Part shown: in pieces, positions 59,758-64,000 of the stretch
How the letters are laid out: every line of letters begins with the position of its first letter
Numbering within the stretch: the stretch's first letter is position 1
Source of the DNA: Eledone cirrhosa
Lineage: Eukaryota
Length of the DNA: 64,000 nucleotides
NCBI GenBank assembly: GCA_964016885.1
Contig: OZ024740.1
Span: forward strand, 301,692,001-301,756,000
Direction of reading: 5' to 3'
The notes under the pieces: model-generated
What the model saw: the letters and a program-made list of their open reading frames with translations, nothing else
Databases searched by the model: none
Told to the model about the DNA's origin: nothing
Made by a program: the position numbers and the translations under genes

Positions 59758-60134
59758 ATGATTTGGGAGGGTCATGTTGCCAATAACAAACACACGCACC
59801 AGTTGTTTCACTTCAAAAACAAAAAACAAGATGGCGTAGGACAGAACAAAGGAGAGGCACAAACACAAAGAAAAGAATCCCTATTCACTGACGAGGTCAC
59901 AGAATGTTTGACGAAATAACTTTGACAATATATGAACAATCGTCTGTTTGTGGAACCAACCAACCAACCGGAAATATATAAATTACTAAATTTATAAATT
60001 TAATTTATAATAAATTGAAGTGAATGTAACTGGTGCGTGTGTTTCTTATTGGCAACATGACCCTCCCAAAGCATAACAATATCGGTTTCAACACACATTT
60101 TCAGATAAAGAATCTTGCTAAACAAATTCAAAAA

Positions 60135-60138
<4 letters not shown>
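59750..60138 (+). mobile_element. PLE-family 3' terminus with inverted ~65-bp copy and hammerhead at 59883-59927
   Basis: CTGACGA-g-gtca...tgac-GAAA; homology to 7857-8120. Confidence 0.78.
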
Positions 60139-60224
<86 letters not shown>

Positions 60225-60733
60225 TATATGTATGTGTGTGTGTGACAAGTAGACACGTATGTTTGAAACAGCCAGCGAGTTTGAAAATACAAATAGTAAC
60301 TTTCGTCGTATTTTTGACTAAAGAAATATATCATGATTGTGGGGTTCAGAGCACTCTAAGAAATATAAAAAGAAGAGTACTGACGTACATATATAAATTA
60401 GGATGGATTCAGTTTACTTGACACTTGTTGTGTTAGAGTATGGTTATATTATAAGGACCCGAACTGCTAAGCTTTTGGCGTTCAACGGTTATGTATACAT
60501 ATTAGAAAAAATAGTTAGTATACATTATATCTCAATGAATAATATAGCTTAGAATATAATTCAAGGAACTTATAAATACAAATTAGGCACATAATTACTA
60601 AAGGGAAGATCAACTCGGAGTACTTTAAAATAAATGAATCCTATACCCGTATCATCACACATCATCATTCATTGTCAAGCCATCTAAATACATAGGGTTT
60701 AACGAATGTTTATATACATATATATATATATAA

Positions 60734-61505
60734 AGGAGGCTGGAGTGGTGTAAATCCTTGAAAGGTTTATTATACTATGATCATTTCAATGACCGGGTTC
60801 CATATGAATCCGGTGATATCATCAGGTATTGGAATATAACAAAGGAATATGTAAAAAGCCATGGGTCCGAAAAATCAGAGACAGAGAGGGCGGCTGACCA
60901 ACTAGCCGTTTAACGTTTAACGTTCCAATCTTCGGTTCACACATTAGACCATACAGACACCCATTATAGATTCTTTGGGTAGCATTTTTTTCGCGGCATT
61001 TTCTAACATGAATGTAGTTTGACCCTTACACTACACTTCTTTCTCCCTTTTTTTCTTTCCTCCCCTTCTTCTTTGACGGAGTGGTCATAGCGTATTATAA
61101 GCCTTCGCACACCCCACCAGATATTCATTAGGAGTTTTCAGTTGCCAACACTTTGAGGGTGGCTGGCTGAGAGGCTAGTTGGTCAGCCGCTTTCTCTGTC
61201 TCTGATTTTTCGGACCCATGGCTTTTTACATATTCCTTTGTTATATTCCAATACCTGACGATATCACCGGATTCATATGGAACCCGGTCATTGAAATGAT
61301 CATAGTATAATAAACCTTTCCCAGGATTTACACCACTCCAGCCTCCTGTTATTTCATTTATAATTAACTCCGTATTCGCACCACCAACTACACAAACGAA
61401 GATGGGTGAACTGCACTGCGTTGAGTACTCTTGGCAATATTACACCAGGATTAACCATACGGAATGACCAGTTCTATCCAGTGGTGAACCAATAAACCTA
61501 AAGAA
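60734..61505. mobile_element. PLE-type repeat with near-identical inverted ~175-bp arms, each with an intact hammerhead core
   Basis: 60734-60908 versus 61173-61347; (TA)n on both sides. Confidence 0.82.
61251..61308 (+). ncRNA. Type I hammerhead (mirror copy 60772-60829, minus strand)
   Basis: atac-CTGACGA-tatcaccgg...ccggtcatt-GAAA-tgatca-ta-gtat. Confidence 0.8.
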
Positions 61506-61537
<32 letters not shown>

Positions 61538-62364
61538 ATACTTGGGGAGGGTCATATTGTTGTAATAATATTGCCGGAAATAATAACACTGTTTGGTCGG
61601 TTTTCGCTTCTGTATCTTTTATATCTCCACAGTTAATTCATTGGGTCCTCAATGTTTATCATTGACTAACCAACGGTCAAAAATACAGATATCATATAGA
61701 TATAAACACATATATATATAGTCTAACAAAGTTCTTTCGTTACACATCTGCAACATCATCGGTGGTACTATTATGTTCCTCCTGATGTATTGTATGTCTA
61801 CGCGATTTTTATTTTATCTGTCTATTTATTTATTTATTGTTGTCTTCTTCTCTGCGCATGCGTTTGCGTGTGTGTCTGTGTCAATGTGTGTGTGTGTGTC
61901 CGTGTGTATGTGTGTATGTATGTATGTGTGTGTACACAGATTTGACTCTAAAGGCTATAAGGGTGAAAGAGACAATTGAGATTTAAATAATTTCCGAAGA
62001 AATTTCGACAAGATTTCGCAAACTTTTTTCCTTTAGCTGAGCGAAACAATCCTTGGTATCAACTAAACGATATTGATAACAATCTCAACTGTAACTTCGA
62101 TAACTATGTTTCCATATTTCATTCATAATTACTGTTGTGTTCGTAGTTTCATTCCCATAGTAACTTTAACTTTCTTCGTTTAAATTAATTTGTCCGGAGA
62201 TAAAAGCAAAATATAAGTGAGAGATGTAATCAACCCCTACTCAAAGGAAACTGCAATGAAAAAGACATTTATAACCTGACCAGTCAACACGTATTATTTC
62301 AGTACCACTGGATGCATACATTTATTACTGTGTTTCTCATTCGTAATATATATGTGCGCGTGGG

Positions 62365-62388
62365 GGTATGTGTATGTATGTATGTATG

Positions 62389-62476
<88 letters not shown>

Positions 62477-62488
62477 CATATATATATG

Positions 62489-62567
<79 letters not shown>
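62365..62567. repeat. (TATG)n/(TA)n microsatellite
   Basis: Direct inspection. Confidence 0.97.
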
Positions 62568-62568
<1 letters not shown>

Positions 62569-64000
62569 TATATGTGTCATGTGAATACGTGCTTGCATGT
62601 ATGCGTAACACTGGCAGTAGGATTTGGTGATAGAAGATGAAAGATAAGCATCTGTAATGGAGCTGGGTTAGATTCTTATTTCTTAATAATATCTGGTGGA
62701 TGCAAGAGAAGTAATTCTCTCCCTTCTTTAATGCTATATGAATATACTTCTATACTTTCATTTAATGAAATTTCTCATTCGTACTATTCAACACCTTGAT
62801 TAACAGTCAATAAAACGCCGATGAGTATAGCTGATACGAGATATTAAAACATTTTGCTTTCAATGTATAAGTTTTATGAAAGTGTCTGCATTTTCTTTTA
62901 AACAGAGTCGTCCATTCTGTACTAGATAATCAACGCTTCTGTAGCTTTTATTTTCTGACTTTTGATTTCTGCTGCTTCATCGCCTTCATCAAATCACTGT
63001 CTGCTCTTTCCTACTTTGTTTCTATCTCTCGCTCTCTCGCTCTCTCAATCCACATAACTATCTCTCTCTCTTTTTCTCTCTAGCTATTGGTAATAAAATT
63101 TACTGAATTGAATTATTTTTCCCTGTATCGTATTCTGTTTATGTATGTATAACCGCTTCTATAAGTTTCCACTCTGATGCGTAGGTCATACGACGTAATA
63201 CTAGAGAAGGTTATAAACACACTCACGAGAAAAATGTAAAATGCACCGAAACCAAATCAGTGAACAGTCTATTGACATACATTTATTTTCCACACACACA
63301 CACACACGTATATATATATATATATATATACGGTATATATTTATATATATGTGTGTGTGTGTGTGTGTGTATGTATATATATATATATATACTACATAAA
63401 CTATATGTGCCAGTGTCTGCGCTATCGGTTTTATTTGTATTTATGTGTTCATGTGGTCATGGTTTTGTCAGTGAATTTTAATGTTTGTGTCATCATATCG
63501 CGTATATGGGCATGGGGGCATATATACGTATTTGTGTATGCACCTCTGTTTTTCTTTATGTTTGCAATGGTTGTATATTACGAAATCGTTTAAGAAACTT
63601 CCTGCTAGATTGCAACATCATATGAATATTCCATTCAGACTTGTATCAATTGATTTCAAACTATTGCATTCAATTGTTCAGAGGTTATCTAATAATCGTC
63701 TGCAGATTCTTAGGAGAATTTCAATTTCCTCTTCTATCTGTATCAGATATGTATCCCATGCGTATTCTGATAATATAATCTTCAACTCTCAGAGATATTA
63801 GTACAGTATTAATTATCATACGAAGTTCGAAATATTTTCTTAGATAATTTCTTTAGATAAGTTTCAAATGTTTCAATATATGACGCAAATACGTTCCCAA
63901 AACAGGGATCATGGCATATCAATTCTCGGCCCTAGAAATACTCATTAGAAAACGATTAGATTTACACAACCTTTTTTCTCATTTGATATGTTGAGACTTA

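Overview
AT-rich eukaryotic (animal) DNA saturated with (TA)n/(CA)n microsatellites. The SINE sequences and simple-repeat load suggest a coleoid cephalopod, probably an octopus; this is inferred, not confirmed by search. I find no intact host protein-coding gene, and most ORF-track entries are microsatellite artefacts. The window is a graveyard of retroelements: several Penelope-like element (PLE) 3' ends with GIY-YIG endonuclease remnants, tRNA-derived SINEs, and RTE, RTE-X, Tx1/L1 and R4-like LINE relics. The most striking signal is about 20 type I hammerhead ribozyme (HHR) motifs from roughly ten different repeat families, read by eye. They include core variants (U3-A8, CCGANGA, a very large loop II). 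Many lie in long inverted repeats inserted into (TA)n tracts. Two weak minus-strand exon candidates hint that the window may be intronic.
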